Made by a program: the position numbers and the translations under genes. 64,000 nucleotides of DNA. Source: Verrucomicrobiia bacterium (GTDB lineage: Bacteria > Verrucomicrobiota > Verrucomicrobiia > Limisphaerales > CAIMTB01). Numbering within the stretch: position 1 is the stretch's first letter; every line of letters starts with the position of its first letter. Shown in pieces: positions 1 to 8,885 of this stretch. The stretch is from assembly GCA_019634625.1 (NCBI GenBank), contig JAHCBA010000002.1, forward strand, positions 78,114 to 142,113. The letters are read 5' to 3'. Under the pieces are notes generated by a model, which was not told where the DNA came from, searched no databases, and saw only the letters and a list, made by a program, of their open reading frames with translations.

Positions 1-415
1 AGCCAGGGCCTGGCCTTGCGAGAAAGCCCGCCTGGGTGAAGTGCCGATCGGTGGTCAGGGCTTCGCGCACCCGGAGCTCCCGCATGACCACGAAGCTGGT
101 GCAGTCGGTAAAGGAATAGGTCTTGTCGCGATGGCGAAAGAACAGACCCCGTGCCTTGTCGGCACGGGCCAGCGTGATGGACTCCCAGCGCAGCCGCGCA
201 CTGCCTTCCACCTGTCGCCACCACGTCTCCGCGGCATCCAGTCCCAACCGCAGGCGCAGGAGCGTCAGGGTTTCATCCACCACGTAATCTGTCGTGAGAA
301 GCTGGGCGCCCGTTTCCAGCCACGCATCGCGCACCGTTACCGCCCTGGAGTGCGAAGGGTCGGCCTCATCGGCGCACGCCACCCAACCGGCCGTATCCAC
401 GAAAAGTGCCTTCAC
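1..415 (-). CDS. vapC: PIN-domain toxin (VapC family), 3' end cut by window edge
   Basis: Not in the ORF track: it runs off the window and starts with GTG at 415-413. My minus-strand translation is VKALFVDTAGWVACADEADPSHSRAVTVRDAWLETGAQLLTTDYVVDETLTLL...FTDCTSFVVMRELRVREALTTDRHFTQAGF, with PIN-like acidic positions (FVDT, DE, TTD). The start overlaps the antitoxin stop as GTGA (412-415). Confidence 0.75.
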   Translation of the reverse strand, partial: MKALFVDTAGWVACADEADPSHSRAVTVRDAWLETGAQLLTTDYVVDETLTLLRLRLGLDAAETWWRQVEGSARLRWESITLARADKARGLFFRHRDKTYSFTDCTSFVVMRELRVREALTTDRHFTQAGFLARPGPG

Positions 416-660
416 GCCGGGTAGAGCACGGCATCATGTTCCGACGCTGATCGCCCGTCGGTCGAGCGCCCCACGGCCTTGGCCCGGTAGAGCGGATCGG
501 ACTCCAGCCCTTCCCGGTCCTCGTCGGGCGCATCCAACGGGACCACCTGGAACGCGGGCCGGCTTCGATACAGTACGGTGAATCGGGCACCGCGCCGGAC
601 CTTCGCGACAACGTCGGGCAGCGTGGCACGGAGCTCCTTGGCGTTGATCACGATACTCAT
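412..660 (-). CDS. Phd/YefM-family antitoxin
   Basis: Internal ATG of ORF 412..762. MSIVINAKELRATLPDVVAKVRRGARFTVLYRSRPAFQVVPLD is a typical prevent-host-death N-terminus. There is a 4-nt overlap with the downstream PIN gene. Confidence 0.8.
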   Translation of the reverse strand: MSIVINAKELRATLPDVVAKVRRGARFTVLYRSRPAFQVVPLDAPDEDREGLESDPLYRAKAVGRSTDGRSASEHDAVLYPA

Positions 661-807
661 GGCAAGTTCATCTTGAGTTGAACCTTTGTCCGGGTCAACA
701 CAGCTGCCTGGAGAATTTCCCAAGCCCCCCGTGTGTTCTCGTCCTCGAACCCCAAGGCACACCTTTTCGAGCGCCGCCCGGACCTCCCATTCCGCGTGGG
801 AACTGGA

Positions 808-891
808 TCTCAGGTCTCAGATCTCAAGTTTCAAGTTTCAGGTTTCAGGTTTCAGGTTTCAGGTTTCAGGTTTCAGGTTTCAGGTTTCATC
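808..891. repeat. Heptanucleotide microsatellite, about 12 units (TCTCAGG/TCTCAAG variants, then TTTCAGG x7)
   Basis: Direct reading of 808-891. All three forward frames stay open through it (ORFs 678, 686, 733 give FQVSGFR-type 7-aa repeats). Confidence 0.95.
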
Positions 892-1060
892 CTGGAGCAT
901 GGGGGTGCCAGCGCGGCGGCGTTTGCGTGGGAGATGCAGCTCCTGGGTGCACACCCGCCGGGAAAGTAGGCCCGGCGCGAGTTCCCCCTCGGCGGCGGCC
1001 GCTCCCCTGTTGGTCGTCCAGGGTCTCCAGTGACGGCCGCGGCGCGACCGTCGCTCAGCT

Positions 1061-1093
1061 GAAAGAAAATCGCCCGCGGCGACCCGCGGGCGA
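1061..1093 (-). terminator. Intrinsic terminator of the PEP-CTERM gene
   Basis: 10-bp GC stem TCGCCCGCGG (1070-1079) / CCGCGGGCGA (1084-1093) with a 4-nt loop. On the minus strand it is followed by TTTTCTTTC (1069-1061), about 40 nt after the stop at 1132. Confidence 0.7.
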
Positions 1094-1131
1094 CCTCACT
1101 TGGACTGTGGACTGGGTTCGGAAAGGTGGAC

Positions 1132-1650
1132 TTACAGGCGCAGCTTGCGGCGGAGTCCGGCGAGGCTGACCATCCCGGCGCCGAGCATCACCAGCATCGA
1201 ACCGGCATCGGGCACGGTGGGCGGATCATCGGAAGGGCAGCTCAGTCCGAAAAAGCTGATGTGCGAGATTTCCTTGTTGATCGAGCCGGAGGAGAAGGTC
1301 AGCGGGAGGTCATCGGCCGGGTACTCGTACCAGGCGATCTGGGTCGCGGCCTTCACGCCGACGAAGATCGTTCCGTAGTCGCTGAGGTCGCCGAGGAAAT
1401 CGAGGTTCGGGTAGGTGTACGACTTCGCTTCGACACCCAGGCCACCCTTCGAGGTCTTCTCGAACGTCAGTTCGTCCTTCGCGATGAAGGACAGCACGCA
1501 GTCCTCGCCGACCGTGATCAGGGTGAGGAGCTTGGTCATCTCACCGCTGGGATTGCCGCCTTGAGCCGTGGTCCCGATGAAACCGGCCCAACTGGAGGTC
1601 GCCATCGTCATCGCCGCCGCCAACACCGCCAACTTCTTGTACATCTTCAT
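1132..1650 (-). CDS. PEP-CTERM sorting-domain secreted protein
   Basis: N-terminal signal peptide MKMYKKLAVLAAAMTMATSSWA. C-terminus VPDAGSMLVMLGAGMVSLAGLRRKLRL has the PEP-like motif, a TM helix and a basic tail. Confidence 0.85.
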   Translation of the reverse strand: MKMYKKLAVLAAAMTMATSSWAGFIGTTAQGGNPSGEMTKLLTLITVGEDCVLSFIAKDELTFEKTSKGGLGVEAKSYTYPNLDFLGDLSDYGTIFVGVKAATQIAWYEYPADDLPLTFSSGSINKEISHISFFGLSCPSDDPPTVPDAGSMLVMLGAGMVSLAGLRRKLRL

Positions 1651-2568
1651 TTTACAACCTTGTGTTACTGCATTGATTCATCCAACACCCTCCATGAAGC
1701 AGACTTGATGCCAGATCGATTTGGAAGGCTGGGGCGGGTGGATAACGTGTTGGAAATCAAGGTCTGCTTGGTCCAGGGCGCGTCCCAATCGTGGAAAGTG
1801 GATGGCCGATCTGTAATCTCCACCGACACTTCAGCGCCCAAGAACGGCCAGTTTTGGGCCATGAATGAGGGGCAACGTGTTTCCGATCAAGGCCTTGCCA
1901 CTCTTGGGTTCAGATCTGTAAGGGATTCCTTCGCCGGGCAACACGTCGCTGCGTTTCCAAGGTGGGGAGGTGCAGATCCACCCAAGGGGGACCCCAATGG
2001 CAATGGACTGGCCGAGGGTGTCCAGCGAGCGGCCCGCGCTGCCCCCGGAAAAGGATGTCGGGGGGATCGCGACCGGAAGGGCACGGGCGGATTCAGTCCG
2101 TTGAAGCAGATCGAGCCATAGGGTCCGGTCCACCCGCATCACCGCGCCATCTCGCCAGCCTGTGGTTTGTCCGGTGCTTCGTCCCGTGGCGCCCCAAGGT
2201 TTCAGCAGACAGGGGGGGGGAGCCTTGCTGCGAGGGCGACCATCCCCGTCAACCGTCCTGCCGGATGCCACGACCCATTTGAATCCTTATGTTCATCGCC
2301 CTGGCCGCCTGGATAGGAGGAGTATTGTTTCGTTCTACAACGGCAACCGCAAACTGCCTTTGGTCGTGCTTCTCATAGGGCTGGGACTGTTGTATGCACA
2401 GATCGCCGGCTGGACGACTGCAGGCATTGCGGTTCTGGCCGCCATCATCTGGATCGCCAACAAGGCAGACATGCAGTGAGGATTGGAATCGTATCACCCA
2501 TGGCGCTGGTGGCACTGGGCGGGCAGGGCGACAGGGTGCGGTGAGTCTCAGCGCGAAGACGACTCTCG

Positions 2569-3378
2569 ATGAACAAGCGGGCCCATTCGGAGAATGAAAT
2601 CACCGGCACCTTGGGCGGATGGTTGAAGCCGCGTTCGTTCACTGGCTCATGCCGGCGGGGATTGCCCCGGGCGTTCACGTTGATCGAACTGCTGGTGGTC
2701 ATCGCCATCGTCGCAATACTGGCCGGCCTGCTCCTGCCGGCGATTTCACGCGCGAAGGCCAAGGCGCAATCCATCCACTGCCTGGGGAACGTCCGCCAGA
2801 TCGGATTGGGATTGCAGATGTATCTGGGCGACAACGGGAAGTATCCCCGAGCGGTCGAATCATCCATCTCGGTTGCCACGGGGGATCCGGTGGGACGTCC
2901 CTGGTACTATGCATTGCAGCCGTACACGACCCAGGTTTGGACGAATGCCCTCTACAAGTGCCCGTCGTATCGCGGCTCCACCTTTGAATCGGTCCCACGA
3001 ACGACACCTGGTCAGGGAACGCTCGTTTGGGCGCCCCACGGCGGCTACGGCTACAACGCACACGGGACAGGAGTAGAGCCGCTGGAATCGCTAACCCTGG
3101 GCCTCAGTCCGTCGATGAACATGGTGGTCTCTGAATCCCAGGTGATCGCACCGAGTGAAATGGTCGCCTTCAGCGAGGAAACAAGCGGCTATTTTATCCT
3201 GTCCGTCGGCCGTGGCAGGCCGCCCCAGTTGCACGGACGCACGGTCGTGACCGCCTTTTGCGATGGACGGGCTTCGATGGAGCCGACCCACCAACTGCAT
3301 GCCGCAACGCCCGAAGCCCGCCGGCGCTGGAACAGAGATCATCAACCTCACCCTGAGACCTGGGACGATCGACGATGA
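2569..3378 (+). CDS. Prepilin-type N-terminal cleavage/methylation domain protein with H-X9-DG motif
   Basis: Contains [23 protein letters not shown], the exact H-X9-DG motif [12 protein letters not shown], and an [11 protein letters not shown]-type tail. The start is uncertain; an in-frame TTG near 2623 is possible. Confidence 0.85.
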   Translation: MNKRAHSENEITGTLGGWLKPRSFTGSCRRGLPRAFTLIELLVVIAIVAILAGLLLPAISRAKAKAQSIHCLGNVRQIGLGLQMYLGDNGKYPRAVESSISVATGDPVGRPWYYALQPYTTQVWTNALYKCPSYRGSTFESVPRTTPGQGTLVWAPHGGYGYNAHGTGVEPLESLTLGLSPSMNMVVSESQVIAPSEMVAFSEETSGYFILSVGRGRPPQLHGRTVVTAFCDGRASMEPTHQLHAATPEARRRWNRDHQPHPETWDDRR

Positions 3379-3402
3379 GAAGGCTCCAGGGTGGCCTTCT
3401 CC

Positions 3403-3467
3403 AGGCTCACATCTCTGATTCTGACAATTGGGAACACCCACACCCCGGCGCAGGCGCAAATGTCAAA
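3403..3467. repeat. Truncated, degenerate copy of palindromic element family A (A0)
   Basis: AGGCTCACATCTCTGATTCTGACAA resembles the family-A left arm. The core has CCCCGGCGCAGGCGCAAA. The right arm stops after TGTCAAA, where homology to the 416.. duplicate begins. Confidence 0.5.
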
Positions 3468-3485
3468 GCCGGGTGGAGCACGGCA

Positions 3486-3686
3486 TCATGTTCCGAGGCT
3501 GATCGCCCGTCGGTAGAGCGGATCGGACTCCAGCCCTTCCCGGTCCTCGTCGGGCGCATCCAACGGGACCACCTGGAACGCGGGCCGGCTTCGATACAGC
3601 ACGATGAATCGGGCACCGCGCCGGACCGGCGCGACAACTTCGGGCAGCGTGGCGCGGAGTTCCTTGGCGTTGATCACGATGCTCAT
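3486..3686 (-). pseudogene. Orphan Phd/YefM antitoxin paralogue with frameshifted C-terminus and no toxin gene
   Basis: MSIVINAKELRATLPEVVAPVRRGARFIVLYRSRPAFQVVPLDAPDEDREGLESDPLYR is near-identical to 412..660. A 26-nt deletion relative to copy 1 (copy-1 coords ~462-487) changes the tail to RAISLGT. Confidence 0.55.
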
Positions 3687-3833
3687 GGCAGGTTGATCTT
3701 GAGTTGAACCTTTGTCCGGGACAACACAGCTGCCCGGAAGCCTTCCCAAGCCCCCCGTGTGTTCTCGTCCTCGAACCCAAAGGCACACCTTTTCAAGCGC
3801 CGCCCGGACCTCCCATTCCCCGTGGGAACTGGA

Positions 3834-3945
3834 TCTCAGGTCTCAGGTCTCAGGTCTCAGGTCTCAGGTCTCAGGTCTCAGGTCTCAGGTCTCAGGTCTC
3901 AGGTTTCAGGTTTCAGGTTTCAGGTTTCAGGTCTCAGGTCTCAGG
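3834..3945. repeat. Heptanucleotide microsatellite, 16 units (TCTCAGG x10, TTTCAGG x4, TCTCAGG x2)
   Basis: Direct count of 3834-3945. All three forward frames are open (ORFs 3704, 3712, 3759 read QVSGLRS repeats). Confidence 0.95.
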
Positions 3946-4045
3946 AGGAACAGCCTTGCCCGCCGCTCCCGAATCGCCTATCCCGATTCCCATCCCGCTC
4001 CAATCCCCGGTCCTCTGGTGCGACCCGGTCCCTTCCCCTTTCCCC

Positions 4046-6811
4046 ATGGCCCCCACCCCGACCCCTCTGCCCTCGGCGGAAATCCCTTTCCACTGGCGCC
4101 GCCCCCTTCACGTTCTGCCGGTCCCGACCGCCCTCGCGTCCCTGCTCCTCGTCTTCCTGGGCACACTCTCCGTTCCGGCCTTCGTCCTGCCCCCGGCCGG
4201 CGATCCCCCTCTCACCTTCGAGCGCGACATCCGGCCCATCCTCAAGGCGCACTGCTTCGACTGTCATGGCGAAGGCGATCGGCCCCGCGGCGAACTCGAT
4301 CTGCGCCTCCGCCGCTTCATGCTCGCCGGCGGCGACTCCGGACCCGCTCTGGTTCCCGGCCAGCCTGACGCCAGCCCCCTCTTCGAACTCGTCCGCTCCG
4401 GCCGCATGCCCAAGCGCGACGCCAAGCTGACTCCGCCCGAACTCGACCTCCTCCGCCGCTGGATCGAACAGGGCGCCCCCACCGCCCGGCCCGAGCCGGA
4501 CTCCCTCGCCGAGGGAATGCAGATCACCCCTGAGGAACGGGAACACTGGGCCTTCCAACCGCCCCGTCGTCCGCCCGTTCCCGACACCGCCGACCCCTCC
4601 CTGGACCATCCGATCGACGCCTTCCTCGCCGCCCGCGCCGCACCCCTCGGAGTCACCCTCTCCGAACCCGCCCCCCACGGCATCCTCGTCCGACGCGCCT
4701 TCCTGAATCTCTGGGGCCTGCCCCCTGGTCCATCGGACCGCGCCGCCCTCGACCTCGATCCGTCCCCCGACGCCTACGCCCGGCTCCTGGATCGCCTGCT
4801 CGACTCCCCCCGCTACGGCGAACGCTGGGCCCGTCATTGGCTCGACATCGCCGGCTATGCCGATTCCGACGGCTACACCAACGACGACACCCCGCGCCCC
4901 TACGCCTGGAAGTACCGCGACTACGTCATCCGCAGCTTCAACGACGACCTCCCCTTCGACCGGTTCCTCCTCGAACAGTTCGCCGGGGACGAACTGGCCC
5001 TCGCACACCACCCCGACCTTTCCACGGCCGCCCGGGATCCCGCCACCCGCGACTGGCTGGTGGCCACGGCGTTCCTTCGCATGGCCGCCGATGGCACCGG
5101 CAGCGGCGCCGTGGACCAGGACACCGCACGCAATCAGGTCCTCGCCGACACCCTCAAGATCGTCTCCACCTCCCTGCTCGGCCTGTCCGTCGGCTGCGCC
5201 CAGTGCCACGATCACCGCTACGATCCCATCCCCCAACTCGACTACTACCGTCTCCGGGCAGTCTTCGAACCCGCCTACGACTGGAAGAACTGGCGCCGAC
5301 CCTCCGAACGCCTCGTCTCCCTCCATACCCCCGAGGAACGCGCCCTGGCCGCCGCCGTCGAGCAGGAAGCCGCCGCCCTCTCCGACGAAAGAAGCTCCAA
5401 ACAGGCCGCGTTCCTCGACGACGCCCTCCGCAAACATCTCGAGAAATTCGAACCGCCCCTGCGCGATGACCTCTGGACTGCCTTCAAGACCTCCGCCGAC
5501 CAGCGCACCCCCGAACAACGCCAGCTCCTTGCCGCCCATCCCAGCGTCCACATCCATCCGGGCGTCCTCTACCAGTACGATCCCCAGGCCGCCGAACAGC
5601 TCAAGGCCCTCGATGCCCGCATCGCCGAAGTCCGCGCCCGCCGCCCCCCCGAGGACTTCATCAGCGTCCTCACCGAACCCGCCGGCGATCCTCCCGTCAC
5701 CCACCTCTTCCATCGCGGCGATCCTCGTCAGCCCCGTCAACCCGTCGCCCCCGGCACCCTCGCCGTCCTCCTTCCCGAAGGCGCCTCCCCCGACCTCGTC
5801 CTGCCCGTCGGCGGTGCGTCCACCTCCGGACGTCGGCTCGCCCTGGCCCGCTGGCTCACCCGGCCCGATCACCCCCTCGTCCCCCGCGTCCTCGTCAATC
5901 GCGTCTGGATGCACCACTTCGGACGCGGCCTCGTCGAGACCCCCGCCGACTTCGGCCTCCAGGGTGCCCCGCCGTCCCATCCCGAACTCCTCGACTGGCT
6001 CGCCTCGGTCTTCGTCGCCCCGGTCAGCGACGATCCCGCCAACCCCGGACTCGGCTGGAGCCTGAAACGCCTCCACCGCCTCATCATGACCTCCCGCGCC
6101 TGGCGCCAGTCGTCGGCCCGCCGCCCGGACATGGAGGCCATCGATCCCGAAAACCGCCTGCTCTGGCGCCAGTCCGTCCGCCGGCTCGATGCCGAAGCCA
6201 TCCGCGACGGTTTCCTCGCCGTGAGCGGTGCCTGCCACGACCATCCCTTCGGCCCGCCCGTGCCCGTTCGCGAGGACGCCGTCGGCCAGATCGTCGTCGG
6301 CATCGACCGCAAACAGGGCGACAACAAGATGCCCGTCGATGTCCCCATGGGCGCCGAGGAGTTCCGCCGCAGCATCTATCTCGAAGTCCGCCGCAGCCGG
6401 CCCCTCGCCTTCCTCACCGCCTTCGACGCCCCCGTCATGGAGGTCAACTGCGAGCTGCGCCCGGTCTCCACCGTGGCCCCGCAATCCCTCATGCTCCTCA
6501 ACAGCGACTTCGCCCTCCAACAGGCCCGCCTCTTCGCCGAACGCCTCGCCCGCGAGGCCGGCCCGCTCCCCGAGGCCCGGGTCGAACGCGCCTTCCAGCT
6601 CGCCTACGCACGTCCGCCGTCCCCCACCGAATTCCGGGCCGCCCTCGACTTCCTCGAACGCCACGTCGCCACCCTCGCCGCGCAACCGCCCCCCGACGCC
6701 CCGCCCGCTCCCCATCCCGACCCCGCCGCCGCCGTTCCCCCTCTCCAACGCGCCCTCGAAAGCCTCTGCCAGGTCCTCCTCGGCTCGAACGAATTCCTCT
6801 ACCTCGACTGA
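4046..6811 (+). CDS. DUF1549/DUF1553 protein with N-terminal planctomycete-type cytochrome c motif (PSD1-like)
   Basis: In-frame ATG at 4046 followed by the signal-like stretch LASLLLVFLGTLSVPAFV. Also CFDCHG, GERWARHWLD, CAQCHDHRYDPI and NRVWMHHFGRGLV. Immediately followed by a DUF1501 partner. Confidence 0.9.
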   Translation: MAPTPTPLPSAEIPFHWRRPLHVLPVPTALASLLLVFLGTLSVPAFVLPPAGDPPLTFERDIRPILKAHCFDCHGEGDRPRGELDLRLRRFMLAGGDSGPALVPGQPDASPLFELVRSGRMPKRDAKLTPPELDLLRRWIEQGAPTARPEPDSLAEGMQITPEEREHWAFQPPRRPPVPDTADPSLDHPIDAFLAARAAPLGVTLSEPAPHGILVRRAFLNLWGLPPGPSDRAALDLDPSPDAYARLLDRLLDSPRYGERWARHWLDIAGYADSDGYTNDDTPRPYAWKYRDYVIRSFNDDLPFDRFLLEQFAGDELALAHHPDLSTAARDPATRDWLVATAFLRMAADGTGSGAVDQDTARNQVLADTLKIVSTSLLGLSVGCAQCHDHRYDPIPQLDYYRLRAVFEPAYDWKNWRRPSERLVSLHTPEERALAAAVEQEAAALSDERSSKQAAFLDDALRKHLEKFEPPLRDDLWTAFKTSADQRTPEQRQLLAAHPSVHIHPGVLYQYDPQAAEQLKALDARIAEVRARRPPEDFISVLTEPAGDPPVTHLFHRGDPRQPRQPVAPGTLAVLLPEGASPDLVLPVGGASTSGRRLALARWLTRPDHPLVPRVLVNRVWMHHFGRGLVETPADFGLQGAPPSHPELLDWLASVFVAPVSDDPANPGLGWSLKRLHRLIMTSRAWRQSSARRPDMEAIDPENRLLWRQSVRRLDAEAIRDGFLAVSGACHDHPFGPPVPVREDAVGQIVVGIDRKQGDNKMPVDVPMGAEEFRRSIYLEVRRSRPLAFLTAFDAPVMEVNCELRPVSTVAPQSLMLLNSDFALQQARLFAERLAREAGPLPEARVERAFQLAYARPPSPTEFRAALDFLERHVATLAAQPPPDAPPAPHPDPAAAVPPLQRALESLCQVLLGSNEFLYLD

Positions 6812-6828
6812 CCGATCCCCGCCCCGCC

Positions 6829-8274
6829 ATGGACCCCCTCCCCGCCTTCAACCGCCGCCGCTTCCTCCACCGCAACGCCCTCGGCATCGGCGGCGTCGCC
6901 CTCGCCTGGCTCCTCCGTCGTGACCGTCTCCTCGCCACGCCGCCCGCCGTCCCGCGCCAGCCCGCCTCCTTCGATCTCCAACCCAAGGCGCCGCCCCAGC
7001 CCGCCCGCGCCCGCGCCATGATCTCCCTCTTCATGCATGGCGGCCCGAGCCACATCGACCTCTTCGATCCCAAACCCGAAATCGACCGCCGCGCCGGCCA
7101 GGATTACCCCGGCGACATCACCTACAGCTTCATCGACCGCGCCAGCAAGACCCTCTTCCCAAGCCCCTGGTCCTTCGCCCGCCACGGTGACTGCGGCATG
7201 GACGTCTCCGAACTCCTCCCTCACTTCGCCCGCATTGTCGATGACGTCTGCCTCATCCGTTCGATGCACACCGACATCAACGGACACGAACCCTCCATCT
7301 GGTCCATGAACACCGGCCGGCCCCAACCCGGCCGCCCCGCCCTCGGCTCCTGGATCACCTACGCCCTCGGCTCCGAATCCCAGGACCTCCCCGCCTACGT
7401 CGTCCTCTCCGATCCCGGCGGCCATCCCGTGGACGGCGCCCGCAACTGGTCCAACGGCTGGCTGCCCCCGCTCTTCCAGGGCACCGTCGTCCGCTCCCGC
7501 GAACCCCGCATCCTCAACCTCGATCCCCCGCCCCACCTCCGCGGCGACCTCCAGCGCCAGAACCTCGATCTCCTCGCCCTCCTCAACCGCGAACACCTCG
7601 CCCGTCACCCGGGCGAACACGACCTCGAAGCCCGCATCGCCAGCTACGAACTCGCCGCCCGCATGCAGGTCGCCGCCAGGGAAGCCCTCGATCTCTCCGG
7701 CGAATCCGAGGCCACACGCCGCCTCTACGGCCTCGACGACCCCGTCACCCGCGAGTACGGCACCCGCTGCCTCATCGCCCGTCGCCTCGTCGAACGCGGC
7801 GTCCGCTTCGTCCAGCTCTTCGTCAACGGTCAGATCTGGGATCACCACGAAAACCTCCGCAAAAACCTCATCGACTGCTGCCGCAAGACCGACCAGCCCG
7901 CCGCCGCCCTCGTCCTCGACCTCAAGGCCCGCGGCCTCCTCGACTCGACCCTCGTCCACTGGGGCGGCGAAATCGGACGCCTCCCCGTCACCGAAAACCA
8001 CGGCCCCGCCGACAAGGCCGGACGCGATCACAACGGGCAAGGCTTCAGCACCTGGCTGGCCGGCGGTGGCATCCGCGGCGGCACGATCTACGGCGCCACC
8101 GACGCCTTCGGTCACAAGGCCGTCGAAAACCCCGTCAGCCCCGCCGACTACCATGCGACCCTCCTGCACCTCTTCGGACTCCAGCACGCCGACCTCACCT
8201 TCCACTTCAACGGCCAGTCCCAGACCCTCACCGACGGCAAACCCTGCCGCATCGTCCACGAGATTCTGAGCTGA
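6829..8274 (+). CDS. DUF1501 (sulfatase-like) protein with TAT signal
   Basis: NRRRFLHRNALGIGGVALAWLL is a twin-arginine signal. MISLFMHGGPSHIDLFDPKP and HWGGEIGRLP are typical DUF1501 blocks. This is the classic pairing with the upstream gene. Confidence 0.9.
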   Translation: MDPLPAFNRRRFLHRNALGIGGVALAWLLRRDRLLATPPAVPRQPASFDLQPKAPPQPARARAMISLFMHGGPSHIDLFDPKPEIDRRAGQDYPGDITYSFIDRASKTLFPSPWSFARHGDCGMDVSELLPHFARIVDDVCLIRSMHTDINGHEPSIWSMNTGRPQPGRPALGSWITYALGSESQDLPAYVVLSDPGGHPVDGARNWSNGWLPPLFQGTVVRSREPRILNLDPPPHLRGDLQRQNLDLLALLNREHLARHPGEHDLEARIASYELAARMQVAAREALDLSGESEATRRLYGLDDPVTREYGTRCLIARRLVERGVRFVQLFVNGQIWDHHENLRKNLIDCCRKTDQPAAALVLDLKARGLLDSTLVHWGGEIGRLPVTENHGPADKAGRDHNGQGFSTWLAGGGIRGGTIYGATDAFGHKAVENPVSPADYHATLLHLFGLQHADLTFHFNGQSQTLTDGKPCRIVHEILS

Positions 8275-8294
8275 GAACGCCCACCCTTCCCTCG

Positions 8295-8401
8295 GTGCAT
8301 CCCCGACGTGTGGGTGCCGAGGCAACCCATCGGAGGGACGAGCTCCGCGAGTCCTCAATCCAACGCTCCACACTCCTGCGGCCTCGCGGAGCTCGTCCCG
8401 G
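8295..8401 (-). mobile_element. Family-B nested-hairpin MITE-like element, copy B1 (right part divergent)
   Basis: GTGCATCCCCGACGTGTGGGTGCCGAGG....GGAGGGACGAGCTCCGCGAGTCCTCAATCCAACGCTCCACACTCCTGCGGCCTCGCGGAGCTCGTCCC aligns by eye with the reverse complement of copies B2/B5. Confidence 0.6.
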
Positions 8402-8576
8402 GCGCATCTCAACCTTCCTGATCTAAACCGCCCAAGCCATCCCTCGTGGTTCTCGTACTCAGCCCGAAGGGCGGTACTCGTCCTCGTCCTCGAACCCGAA
8501 GGCACACCCTCTTGGAGCGTTGCCTTATGAGTTCGATCCTGCTCGGACCCCCATTCCGCGTGTGAACGGACGAGGG

Positions 8577-8610
8577 GAGATTAAGATTAAGATTAAGATT
8601 AAGATTAAGA
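8577..8610. repeat. Hexanucleotide microsatellite (GATTAA x5)
   Basis: Direct reading. It is preceded by the same conserved flank (TCGTCCTCGAACCC.AAGGCACACC...CCCATTCCGCGTG) that precedes the two heptamer arrays. Confidence 0.9.
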
Positions 8611-8885
8611 GTACGCGGACGAGGGCTGCTGCAAGAACGTTAGAAGCACCCACTCAAGAGAAGTCTGGATGGGGCGCACCAAGGCGGGTCACCGCGGACC
8701 TCCCACTCAGCACAGACATCCTGCGAGCCTCACCCTCCATCCGGTCCCAGAAACCCGCAGGGTTTCCAGAGATTAGCCGGGGGTCGGGCCCGGCTCCGCG
8801 GGTTCGACCCCCGGACAGAAATCCCACCCCGCCCACGACCCCGCCAGGGGTCGCAGAACTCCTCCATTGGGACGGAGGCAATCAC

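Noticed and set aside
1665-2271. Two adjacent minus-strand ORFs (1831..2271 and 1665..1862) overlap in different frames upstream of the PEP-CTERM gene. They could be a frameshifted gene.
   Set aside because: I could recognise no domain or motif in either part and the composition is not clearly coding. I left it unannotated.
2324-2479. Possible small two-TM protein (…LPLVVLLIGLGLLYAQIAGWTTAGIAVLAAIIWIANKADMQ) in a lower-GC patch, preceded by AGGAGG.
   Set aside because: There is no canonical start codon in frame after the putative RBS (only ATT/GTT). The long ORF-track version (2162) has an implausible N-terminus. There is too little evidence.
3704-4045. The ORF-track start at 3704 would put a QVSGLRS heptad-repeat N-terminus on the DUF1549/1553 protein. 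A similar reading applies to 678..1169 at the first array.
   Set aside because: The frame is open only because the heptamer has no stop in any forward frame. An ATG at 4046 is followed by a signal-peptide-like segment. The same repeat at locus 1 precedes no gene.
3941-6748. Very long antisense ORFs opposite recognised genes. Examples are 3941..6748(-), 6799..8505(-), 17036..19312(-), 28624..30498(+), 31191..33137(+), 32350..35349(+), 35575..37077(+), 41151..43073(+), 47331..49262(+), 56822..58570(-), 59606..60889(-) and 61904..63976(-).
   Set aside because: They are typical high-GC shadow ORFs. Their translations are R/G/A/P-rich low-complexity strings without motifs, while the opposite strand encodes proteins with clear family signatures.
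8777-8814. GGGTTCGACCCCCGG looked like a tRNA/tmRNA T-arm.
   Set aside because: No acceptor stem, D-arm or anticodon arm can be built around it. It is the 3' half of a simple 10-bp hairpin.
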